From the human T2T-CHM13v2.0 reference genome, Homo sapiens, in assembly GCF_009914755.1 (NCBI RefSeq), contig NC_060946.1: DNA of 64,000 nt; one strand, written 5' to 3'. Under the pieces are notes generated by a model. That model was given only the letters and a program-made list of their open reading frames with translations, searched no databases and had not been told where the DNA came from. A program made the translations under genes and the position numbers. Numbering within the stretch: the first letter of the stretch is position 1; every line of letters starts with the position of its first letter. Below, piece after piece: positions 52,101-64,000 of this stretch.

Positions 52101-55100
52101 TCTCTCTGATCTGCCTATGGGGGCATTGTGAGAAATCTCTGCACTGATCACCCAGGTGATGTAACTGTTGTGTTACCTCTGCCTACAGGGGAATTGTGAG
52201 AGATTTCGCCACTGATTACCCAAGTGATGTAACCGTTGTCTAGGCTTTGCGTACAGGGGGCTTTGTGACATACCTTTGCACTGATCACCCAGGTGATGTA
52301 TCACATCTAAGTTCGGCCTAAAGGAGCTTTGTGACATATCTCTGCACTGATCGCTTAGGTGATGTAACACTTTTATAATCACTGCCTACAGGGAATTTTG
52401 ACAAATCTCTGCACTGATCACCTAGGTGATGTAACTCTTGTCTACCCTCTGTCCAACGGGGCATTGTGAAATATCTCTGCACTGATCACCCAGGTGATTC
52501 AACTCTTGACTAGGAACTGCCTACAGAGGTTATTGTGAAATATCTCTGCACTGATAAACTAGGTGGTGTAACCGTTGTCCAAGCTCTGCCTACAGTGGCG
52601 TTTCCACATATCCCTGAACTGATGACAGAGGTGATGTAACTCTTGCCTAGGCTTTGCCTACAGGGAACATTGGACATATATCTGCACTGATCACCCAGGT
52701 GATGCAACTCTTGCCTAGGCTTTGCCTACAGGGGACATTGTGACATATCTCTTCAATGATCACTCATGTGATGCATCTCTTTCCTAGGCTTTGCCTACAG
52801 GGGACTTTGTGACATATCTCTGCACTGATCTCCCAGGTGCTGTAACTTTAGTCTAGGCTCTGGCTACACGGCATTTTGACATATCACTGTACTGATCAAC
52901 CAGGTGATATAACTCTTGTATAGGCTCTGCCTATAGGGGGATTGTGACCTACCTCTGCACTGATCAACCAGGTGATATAACTCTTCTCTAGGATCTTCCT
53001 ACAGGGTACTTTGTGACATATCCCTGCACTGATCACCCAGGTGATCTATCTCTGGTCTAAGCTCTGCCTAAAGGGGCATTGTGACAGATCTCTGCACTGA
53101 TCACTCAGGTGATGTAAGTATTGTCTAGGCTCTGCTTCAAGGGGCCTTGTCACATATCTCTGCACTGATCACCCAGGTGATGTAACTCTTGTCTAGGCTC
53201 TGCTTCCAGGGCATATTGTGACATATCTATGCACTGATCACCTTAGTGATGTAACACTTTGGTAGGCTCGGCCTACAGGGGAATCTTGACATATCTCTGC
53301 ACTGTTAACCGAGGTGATTTAACTCTTGTCTAGGCTGTGCCCACAGGGGGATTGAGACATATCTCTGCACTGATCCCGAGGTGATACAACTCTTGCCTGG
53401 TCTCTGCCTACTGTGGACATTGTGACATATCTCTGCACTGATCTCCCAGGTGCTGTAACTTTAGTCTAGGCTCTCGCTACACGGCATTGTGACATATCAC
53501 TGCACTGATCACCCAGGCGATATAACTCTTCTCTAGGATCTGACCACAGGGTGCTTTGTGACATATCCCTGCAATGATCACCCAGGTGATATACCACTTG
53601 CCAAGGCTCTGCCTACAGGGGCATTGCAATGTATCTCTGCACTGATCACCTAGGTCTTGTAGCTATTTTCTAGGATCTGCCTACAGGGTGCTTTGTGACG
53701 TGTCCCAGCAAGGATTACCCAGGTGATGTACCTCTCATCAAGGCTCTGCCTACAGGCACATTGTGATGTATCTCTGCACTGATCACCTAGGTCATGTAAA
53801 TTTTGTCTAGGCTCTACCTACGATGGCATTGTGACATATCTCTGCACTAATCATCCAAGTGATGTAACTCTTGTCTAGGATGTGCCTAAATTGACTTTTT
53901 GACATTACCCTGTACTGATCATCCAGGTGATGGAGCTTTTGTCTAGGCTCTGCCTAAGGGGGCATTGTGACATATTTATGCATTGGTCACCCAGGTGGCG
54001 AAATCTTCTCTCGGATCTGCCTATGGGGGCATTGTGCGAAATCTCTGCACTGATCACCCAGGTGATGTAACTGTTGTGTTAACTCTGCCTACAGGGGAAT
54101 TGTGAGAGATCTCGCCACTGATTACCCAAGTGATGTAACCGTTGTCTAGGCTTTGCGTACAGGGGGCTTTGTGACATAACTTTGCACTGATCACCCAGGT
54201 GATGTAACACATCTAAGTTCGGCCTAAAGGAGCTTTGTGACATATCTCTGCACTGATCGCTTAGGTGATGTAACACTTTTATAATCACTGCCTACAGGGA
54301 ATTTTGACAAATCTCTGCACTGATCACCTAGGTGATGTAACTCTTGTCTACCCTCTGTCCAACGGGGCATTGTGAAATATCTCTGCACTGATCACCCAGG
54401 TGATTCAACTCTTGACTACGAACTGCCTACAGAGGTTATTGTGAAATATCTCTGCACTGATAAACTAGGTGGTGTAACCCTTGTCCAAGCTCTGCCTACA
54501 GGGGCGTTTCCACATATCCCTGAACTGATGACAGAGGTGATGTAACTCTTGCCTAGGCTTTGCCTACAGGGAACATTGGACATATATCTGCACTGATCAC
54601 CCAGGTGATGCAACTCTTGCCTAGGCTTTGCCTACAGGTGACATTGTGACATATCTCTTCAATGATCACTCATGTGATGCATCTCTTGCCTAGGCTTTGC
54701 CTACAGGGGACATTGTGACATATCTCTGCACTGATCTCCCAGGTGCTGTAACTTTAGTCTAGGCTCTGGCTACACGGCATTGTGACATATCACTGCACTG
54801 ATCAACCAGGTGATATAACTCTTGTATAGGCTCTGCCTACAGGGGGATTGTGACCTACCTCTGCACTGATCACCCAGGTGATATAACTCTTCTCTAGCAC
54901 CTTCCTACAGGGTACTTTGTGACATATCCCTGCATTGATCACCCAGGTGATCTATCTCTGGTCTAAGCTCTGCCTAAAGGGGCATTGTGACAGATCTCTG
55001 CACTGATCACTCAGGTGATGTAAGTATTGTCTAGGCTCTGCTTCAAGGGGCCTTGTCACATATCTCTGCACTGATCACCCAGGTGATGTAACTCTTGTCT

Positions 55101-58100
55101 AGGCTCTGCTTCCAGGGCATATTGTGACATATCTATGCACTGATCACCTTAGTGATGTAACACTTTGGTAGGCTCGTCCACAGGGGAATCTTGACATATC
55201 TCTGCACTGTTAACCGAGGTGATTTAACTCTTGTCTAGGCTGTGCCCACAGGGGGATTGAGACATATCTCTGCACTGATCCCGAGGTGATACAACTCTTG
55301 CCTGGTCTCTGCCTACTGTGGACATTGTGACATATCTCTGCACTGATCTCCCAGGTGCTGTAACTTTAGTCTAGGCTCTGGCTACACGGCATTGTGACAT
55401 ATCACTGCACTGATCACCCAGGCGATATAAATCTTCTCTAGGATCTGACCACAGGGTGCTTTGTGACATATCCCTGCAATGATCACCCAGGTGATATACC
55501 ACTTGCCAAGGCTCTGCCTACAGGGGCATTGCAATGTATCTCTGCACTGATCACCTAGGTCTTGTAGATATTTTCTAGGATCTGCCTACAGGGTGCTTTG
55601 TGACGTGTCCCAGCAAGGATTACCCAGGTGATCTACCTCTCATCAAGGCTCTGCCTACAGACACATTGTGATGTATCTCTGCACTGATCACCTAGGTCAT
55701 GTAACTTTTGTCTAGGCTCTACCTACGATGGCATTGTGACATATCTCTGCACTAATCATCCAAGTGATGTAACTCTTGTCTAGGATGTGCCTAAATTAAC
55801 TTTTTGACATAACCCTGTACTGATCATCCAGGTGATGGAGCTTTTGTCTAGGCTCTGCCTAAGGGGGCATTGTGACATATTTCTGCATTGATCACCCAGG
55901 TGGCGAACTCTTCTCTCGGATCTGCCTATGGGGGCATTGTGAGAAATGTCTGCACTGATCACCCAGGTGATGTAACTGTTGTGTTAACTCTGCCTACAGG
56001 GGAATTGTGAGAGATCTCGCCACTGATTACCCAAGTGATGTAACCGTTGTCTAGGCTTTGCGTACAGGGGGCTTTGTGACAAACCTTTGCACTGATCACC
56101 CAGCTGATGTAACACATCTAAGTTCGGCCTAAAGGAGCTTTGTGACATATCTCTGCACTGATCGCTTAGGTGACGTAACACTTTTATAATCACTGCCTAC
56201 AGGGAATTTTGACAAATCTCTGCACTGATCACCTAGGTGATGTAACTCTTGTCTACCCTCTGTCCAACGGGGCATTGTGAAATATCTCTGCACTGATCAC
56301 CCAGGTGATTCAACTCTTGACTAGGAACTGCCTACAGAGGTTATTGTGAAATATCTCTGCACTGATAAACTAGGTGGTGTAACCCTTGTCCAAGCTCTGC
56401 CTACAGGGGCGTTTCCACATATCCCTGAACTGATGACAGAGGTGATGTAACTCTTGCCTAGGCTTTGCCTACAGGGAACATTGGACATATATCTGCACTG
56501 ATCACCCAGGTGATGCAACTCTTGCCTAGGCTTTGCCTACAGGGGACATTGTGACATATCTCTTCAATGATCACTCATGTGATGCATCTCTTGCCTAGGC
56601 TTTGCCTACAGGGGACATTGTGACATATCTCTGCACTGATCTCCCAGGTGCTGTAACTTTAGTCTAGGCTCTGGCTACACGGCATTGTGACATATCACTG
56701 CACTGATCAACCAGGTGATATAACTCTTGTATAGGCTCTGCCTACAGGGGGATTGTGACCTACCTCTGCACTGATCACCCAGGTGATATAACTGTTCTCT
56801 AGCACCTTCCTACAGGGTACTTTGTGACATATCCCTGCATTGATCACCCAGGTGATCTATCTCTGCTCTAAGCTCTGCCTAAAGGGGCATTGTGACAGAT
56901 CTCTGCACTGATCACTCAGGTGATGTAAGTATTGTCTAGGCTCTGCTTCAAGGGGCCTTGTCACATATCTCTGCACTGATCACCCAGGTGATGTAACTCT
57001 TGTCTAGGCTCTGCTTCCAGGGCATATTGTGACATATCTATGCACTGATCACCTTAGTGATGTAACACTTTGGTAGGCTCGTCCACAGGGGAATGTTGAC
57101 ATATCTCTGCACTGTTAACCGAGGTGATTTAACTCTTGTCTAGGCTGTGCCCACAGGGGGATTGAGACATATCTCTGCACTGATCCCGAGGTGATACAAC
57201 TCTTGCCTGGTCTCTGCCTACTGTGGACATTGTGACATATCTCTGCACTGATCTCCCAGGTGCTGTAACTTTAGTCTATGCTCTGGCTACACGGCATTGT
57301 GACATATCACTGCACTGATCACCCAGGCGATATAACTCTTCTCTAGGATCTGACCACAGGGTGCTTTGTGACATATCCCTGCAATGATCACCCAGGTGAT
57401 ATACCACTTGCCAAGGCTCTGCCTACAGGGGCATTGCAATGTATCTCTGCACTGATCACCTAGGTCTTGTAGCTATTTTCTAGGATCTGCCTACAGGGTG
57501 CTTTGTGACGTGTCCCAGCAAGGATTACCCAGGTGATGTACCTCTCATCAAGGCTCTGCCTACAGGCACATTGTGATGTATCTCTGCACTGATCACCTAG
57601 GTCATGTAACTTTTGTCTAGGCTCTACCTACGATGGCATTGTGACATATCTCTGCACTAATCATCCAAGTGATGTAACTCTTGTCTAGGATGTGCCTAAA
57701 TTAACTTTTTGACATAACCCTGTACTGATCATCCAGGTGATGGAGCTTTTGTCTAGGCTCTGCCTAAGGGGGCATTGTGACATATTTCTGCAATGATCAC
57801 CCAGGTGGCGAACTCTTCTCTCGGATCTGCCTATGGGGGCATTGTGAGAAATCTCTGCACTGATCACCCAGGTGATGTAACTGTTGTGTAACCTCTGCCT
57901 ACAGGGGAATTGTGAGAGATCTCGTCACTGATTACCCAAGTGATGTAACCGTTGTCTAGGCTTTGCATACAGGGGGCTTTGTGACATACCTTTGCACTGA
58001 TCACTCAGGTGATGTAACACATCTAAGTTCGGCCTAAAGGAGCTTTGTGACATACCTCTGCACTGATCACTTAGGTGATGTAACACTTTTATAATCACTG

Positions 58101-61100
58101 CCTACAGGGAATTTTGACAAATCTCTGCACTGATCACCTAGGTGATGTAACTCTTGTCTACCCTCTGTCCAACTTGACATTGTGAAATATCTCTGCACTG
58201 ATCACCCAGGTGATTCAACTCTTGACTAGGAACTGCCGACAGAGGTTATTGTGAAATATCTGTGCACTGATAAACTAGGTGGTGTAACCCTTGTCCAAGC
58301 TCTGCCTACAGGGGCGTTTCCACATATCCCTGAACTGATGACAGAGGTGATGTAACTCTTACCTAGGCTTTGCCTACAGGGAACATTGGACATATATCTG
58401 CACTGATCACCCAGGTGATGCAACTCTTGCCTAGGCTTTGCCTACAGGGGACATTGTGACATATCTCTTCAATGATCACTCATGTGATGCATCTCTTGCC
58501 TAGGCTTTGCCTACAGGGGACATTGTGACATATCTCTGCACTGATCTCCCAGGTGCTGTAACTTTAGTCTAGGCTCTGGATACACGGCATTGTGACATAT
58601 CACTGCACTGATCAACCAGGTGATATAACTCTTGTATAGGCTCTGCCTACAGGGGGATTGTGACCTACCTCTGCACTGATCACCCAGGGGATATAACTCT
58701 TCTCTAGCACCTTCCTACAGGGTACTTTGTGACATATCCCTGCATTGATCACCCAGGTGATCTATCTCTGGTCTAAGCTCTGCCTAAAGGGGCATTGTGA
58801 CAGATCTCTGCACTGATCACTCAGGTGATGTAAGTATTGTCTAGGCTCTGCTTCAAGGGGCCTTGTCACATATCCCTGCACTGATCACCCAGGTAATGTA
58901 ACTCTTGTCTAGGCTCTGCTTCCAGGGCATATTGTGACATATCTATGCACTGATCACCTTAGTGATGTAACACTTTGGTAGGCTCGGCCTACAGGGGAAT
59001 CTTGACATATCTCTGCACTGTTAACCGAGGTGATTTAACTCTTGTCTAGGCTGTGCCCACAGGGGGATTGAGACATATCTCTGCACTGATCCCGAGGTGA
59101 TACAACTCTTGCCTGGTCTCTGCCTACTGTGGACATTGTGACATATCTCTGCACTGATCTCCCAGGTGCTGTAACTTTAGTCTAGGCTCTGGCTACACGG
59201 CATTGTGACATATCACTGCACTGATCACCCAGGCGATATAACTCTTCTCTAGGATCTGACCACAGGGTGCTTTGTGACATATCCCTGCAATGATCACCCA
59301 GGTGATATACCACTTGCCAAGGCTCTGCCTACAGGGGCATTGCAATGTATCTCTGCACTGATCACCTAGGTCTTGTAGCTATTTTCTAGGATCTGCCTAC
59401 ATGGTGCTTTGTGACGTGTCCCAGCAAGGATTACCCAGGTGATGTACCTCTCATCAAGGCTCTGCCTACAGGCACATTGTGATGTATCTCTGCACTGATC
59501 ACCTAGGTCATGTAAATTTTGTCTACGCTCTACCTACGATGGCATTGTGACATATCTCTGCACTAATCATCCAAGTGATGTAACTCTTGTCTAGGATGTG
59601 CCTAAATTAACTTTTTGACATAACCCTGTACTGATCATCCAGGTGATGCAGCTTTTGTCTAGGCTCTGCCTAAGGGGGCATTGTGACATATTTCTGCATT
59701 GATCACCCAGGTGGCGAACTCTTCTCTCGGATCTGCCTATGGGGGCATTGTGAGAAATCTCTGCACTGATCACCCAGGTGATGTAACTGTTGTGTAAACT
59801 CTGCCTACAGGGGAATTGTGAGAGATCTCGACACTGATTACCCAAGTGATGTAACCGTTGTCTAGGCTTTCATACAGGGGGCTTTGTGACATACCTTTGC
59901 ACTGATCACCCAGGTGATGTAACACATCTAAGTTCGGCCTAAAGGAGCTTTGTGACATATCTCTGCACTGATCGCTTAGGTGATGTAACACTTTTATAAT
60001 CACTGCCTACAGGGAATTTTGACAAACCTCTGCACTGATCACCTAGGTGATGTAACTCTTGTCTACCCTCTGTCCAACGGGGCATTGTGAAATATCTCTG
60101 CACTGATCACCCAGGTGATTCAACTCTTGACTAGGAACTGCCTACAGAGGTTATTGTGAAATATCTCTGCACTGATAAACTAGGTGGTGTAACCCTTGTC
60201 CAAGCTCTGCCTACAGGGGCGTTTCCACATATCCCTGAACTGATGACAGAGGTGATGTAACTCTTGCCTAGGCTTTGCCTACAGGGAACATTGGACATAT
60301 ATCTGCACTGATCACCCAGGTGATGCAACTCTTGCCTAGGCTTTGCCTACAGGGGACATTGTGACATATCTCTTCAATGATCACTCATGTGATGCATCTC
60401 TTCCCTAGGCTTTGCCTACAGGGGACATTGTGACATATCTCTGCACTGATCTCCCAGGTGCTGTAACTTTAGTCTAGGCTCTGGCTACACGGCATTGTGA
60501 CATATCACTGCACTGATCAACCAGGTGATATAACTCTTGTATAGGCTCTGCCTACAGGGGGATTGTGACCTACCTCTGCACTGATCACCCAGGTGATATA
60601 ACTCTTCTCTAGGATCTTCCTACAGGGTACTTTGTGACATATCCCTGCACTGATCACCCAGGTGATCTATCTCTGGTCTAAGCTCTGCCTAAAGGGGCAT
60701 TGTGACAGATCTCTGCACTGATCACTCAGGTGATGTAAGTATTGTCTAGGCTCTGCTTCAAGGGGCCTTGTCACATATCCCTGCACTGATCACCCAGGTG
60801 ATGTAACTCTTGTCTAGGCTCTGCTTCCAGGGCATATTGTGACATATCTATGCACTGATCACCTTAGTGATGTAACACTTTGGTAGGCTCGGCCTACAGG
60901 GGAATCTTGACATATCTCTGCACTGTTAACCGAGGTGATTTAACTCTTGTCTAGGCTGTGCCCACAGGGGGATTGAGACATATCTCTGCACTGATCCCGA
61001 GGTGATACAACTCTTGCCTGGTGTCTGCCTACTGTGGACATTGTGACATATCTCTGCACTGATCTCCCAGGTGCTGTAACTTTAGTCAAGGCTCTGGCTA

Positions 61101-64000
61101 CACGGCATTGTGACATATCACTGCACTGATCACCCAGGCGGTATAACTCTTCTCTAGGATCTGACCACATTGTGCTTTGTGACATATCCCTGCAATGATC
61201 ACCCAGGTGATATACCACTTGCCAAGGCTCTGCCTACAGGGGCATTGCAATGTATCTCTGCACTGATCACCTAGGTCTTGTAGCTATTTTCTAGGATCTG
61301 CCTACATGGTGCTTTGTGACGTGTCCCAGCAAGGATTACCCAGGTGATGTACCTCTCATCAAGGCTCTGCCTACAGGCACATTGTGATGTATCTCTGCAC
61401 TGATCACCTAGGTCATGTAAATTTTGTCTAGGCTCTACCTACGATGGCATTGTGACATATCTCTGCACTAATCATCCAAGTGATGTAACTCTTGTCTAGG
61501 ATGTGCCTAAATTAACTTTTTGACATAACCCTGTACTGATCATCCAGGTGATGGAGCTTTTGTCTAGGCTCTGCCTAAGGGGGCATTGTGACATATTTCT
61601 GCATTGATCACCCAGGTGGCGAACTCTTCTCTCGGATCTGCCTATGGGGGCATTGTGAGAAATCTCTGCACTGATCACCCAGGTGATGTAACTGTTGTGT
61701 TAACTCTGCCTACAGGGGAATTGTGAGAGATCTCGCCACTGATTACCCAAGTGATGTAACCGTTGTCTAGGCTTTGCGTACAGGGGGCTTTGTGACATAC
61801 CTTTGCACTGATCACCCAGGTGATGTAACACATCTAAGTTCGGCCTAAAGGAGCTTTGTGACATATCTCTGCACTGATCGCTTAGGTGATGTAACACTTT
61901 TATAATCACTGCCTACAGGGAATTTTGACAAATCTCTGCACTGATCACCTAGGTGATGTAACTCTTGTCTACCCTCTGTCCAACGGGGCATTGTGAAATA
62001 TCTCTGCACTGATCACCCAGGTGATTCAACTCTTGACTAGGAACTGCCTACAGAGGTTATTGTGAAATATCTCTGCACTGATAAACTAGGTGGTGTAACC
62101 CTTGTCCAAGCTCTGCCTACAGGGGCGTTTCCACATATCCCTGAACTGATGACAGAGGTGATGTAACTCTTGCCTAGGCTTTGCCTACAGGGAACATTGG
62201 ACATATATCTGCACTGATCACCCAGGTGATGCAACTCTTGCCTAGGCTTTGCCTACAGGGGACATTGTGACATATCTCTTCAATGATGACTCATGTGATG
62301 CATCTCTTGCCTAGGGTTTGCCTACAGGGGACATTGTGACATATCTCTGCACTGATCTCCCAGGTGCTGTAACTTTAGTCTAGGCTCTGGCTACACGGCA
62401 TTGTGACATATCACTGCACTGATCAACCAGGTGATATAACTCTTGTATAGGCTCTGCCTACAGGGGGATTGTGACCTACCTCTGCACTGATCACCCAGGT
62501 GATATAACTGTTCTCTAGCACCTTCCTACAGGGTACTTTGTGACATATCCCTGCATTGATCACCCAGGTGATCTATCTCTGCTCTAAGCTCTGCCTAAAG
62601 GGGCATTGTGACAGATCTCTGCACTGATCACTCAGGTGATGTAAGTATTGTCTAGGCTCTGCTTCAAGGGGCCTTGTCACATATCTCTGCACTGATCACC
62701 CAGGTGATGTAACTCTTGTCTAGGCTCTGCTTCCAGGGCATATTGTGACATATCTATGCACTGATCACCTTAGTGATGTAACACTTTGGTAGGCTCGTCC
62801 ACAGGGGAATCTTGACATATCTCTGCACTGTTAACCGAGGTGATTTAACTCTTGTCTAGGCTGTGCCCACAGGGGGATTGAGACATATCTCTGCACTGAT
62901 CCCGAGGTGATACAACTCTTGCCTGGTCTCTGCCTACTGTGGACATTGTGACATATCTCTGCACTGATCTCCCAGGTGCTGTAACTTTAGTCTAGGCTCT
63001 GGCTACACGGCATTGTGACATATCACTGCACTGATCACCCAGGCGATATAACTCTTCTCTAGGATCTGACCACAGGGTGCTTTGTGACATATCCCTGCAA
63101 TGATCACCCAGGTGATATACCACTTGCCAAGGCTCTGCCTACAGGGGCATTGCAATGTATCTCTGCACTGATCACCTAGGTCTTGTAGCTATTTTCTAGG
63201 ATCTGCCTACAGGGTGCTTTGTGACGTGTCCCAGCAAGGATTACCCAGGTGATGTACCTCTCATCAAGGCTCTGCCTACAGGCACATTGTGATGTATCTC
63301 TGCACTGATCACCTAGGTCATGTAACTTTTGTCTAGGCTCTACCTACGATGGCATTGTGACATATCTCTGCACTAATCATCCAAGTGATGTAACTCTTGT
63401 CTAGGATGTGCCTAAATTAACTTTTTGACATAACCCTGTACTGATCATCCAGGTGATGGAGCTTTTGTCTAGGCTCTGCCTAAGGGGGCATTGTGACATA
63501 TTTCTGCATTGATCACCCAGGTGGCGAACTCTTCTCTCGGATCTGCCTATGGGGGCATTGTGAGAAATCTCTGCACTGATCACCCAGGTGATGTAACTGT
63601 TGTGTAACCTCTGCCTACAGGGGAATTGTGAGAGATCTCGTCACTGATTACCCAAGTGATATAACCGTTGTCTAGGCTTTGCATACAGGGGGCTTTGTGA
63701 CATACCTTTGCACTGATCACTCAGGTGATGTAACACATCTAAGTTCGGCCTAAAGGAGCTTTGTGACATACCTCTGCACTGATCACTTAGGTGATGTAAC
63801 ACTTTTATAATCACTGCCTACAGGGAATTTTGACAAATCTCTGCACTGATCACCTAGGTGATGTAACTCTTGTCTACCCTCTGTCCAACGGGGCATTGTG
63901 AAATATCTCTGCACTGATCACCCAGGTGATTCAACTCTTGACTAGGAACTGCCTACAGAGTTTATTGTGAAATATCTCTGCACTGATAAACAAGGTGGTG

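Larger units (their letters stand above)
1..64000 (+). repeat. Beta satellite (68-bp Sau3A family, BSR/Beta) tandem array, ~940 head-to-tail monomers; probably hominid pericentromeric or acrocentric short-arm heterochromatin
   Basis: Seen: continuous ~66-69 bp monomers, consensus approx. ACTGATCACCCAGGTGATGTAACTCTTGTCTAGGCTCTGCCTACAGGGGCATTGTGACATATCTCTGC, with GATC in most monomers. Established: this matches the beta-satellite consensus as I know it. Species and chromosome cannot be assigned from the window. Confidence 0.97.
10010..64000 (+). repeat. Domain dominated by the 28-monomer HOR (1904-1906 bp, lineage A)
   Basis: Diagnostic monomers (m18 CCTAAATTAACTTTTTG, m24 CACTTTTATAATC, m10 CTGTTAACCGAGG) recur once per canonical unit. 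ORF anchors 16981, 18887, 20793, 22699, 24605 are 1906 apart. I counted 28 monomers. Unit starts: 10010, 11914, 13820, 15792, 17698, 19604, 21510, 23416, 25322, 26615, 28521, 30427, 32333, 34239, 36145, 38051, 39957, 41863, 43156, 45062, 46968, 48874, 50780, 52686, 54592, 56497, 58402, 60307, 62213. Confidence 0.95.

Noticed and set aside
1337-63583. About 70 short minus-strand ORFs (60-137 aa) with recurring HHLGDQC and ITWVISA motifs, Cys/His-rich
   Set aside because: They are translations of the satellite monomer. The 68-bp period is not a multiple of 3, so the motifs swap frames, and ORFs open and close with single SNPs. There is no zinc-finger spacing or gene structure. The strand bias reflects TGA/TAA/TAG in the plus-strand consensus.
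1-64000. CRISPR-like look: a conserved ~30-bp partly palindromic core alternating with more variable ~35-bp segments
   Set aside because: The 'spacers' are homologous to one another and recur every HOR, the 'repeats' are degenerate, and there is no leader or cas gene. The sequence matches beta satellite.
1-64000. Alpha satellite, CENP-B boxes, D4Z4/LSau, Alu/L1 insertions or strand inversions
   Set aside because: I saw no 171-bp period, GC-rich LSau block, poly-A tail or reverse-complement monomers. Unit spacing accounts for all bases.

Overview
The whole window is one uninterrupted, single-orientation array of primate (human-type) beta satellite, the 68-bp Sau3A family: about 940 monomers, with no genes, transposons or inversions seen. 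Monomers are organised into a 28-monomer higher-order repeat (HOR) of 1904-1906 bp; I number them m1-m28, with m1 starting at base 1. There are 33 HOR units, the last truncated. Structural variants are a 36-mer (2452 bp), three 37-mers (2519 bp), one 29-mer of a second lineage B (1972 bp) and two 19-mers (1293 bp). The most interesting signal is the array's readable history. A ~97-bp perfect internal repeat (m3 = m12, 613 bp apart) explains both the +613 and the -613 variants. Nested 1906-, 5718- and 16,541-bp tandem duplications can be ordered in time. All ORFs in the track are satellite artefacts. I find no coding or CRISPR-like system. All comparisons were made by eye and from ORF-track spacing, not by computed alignment.
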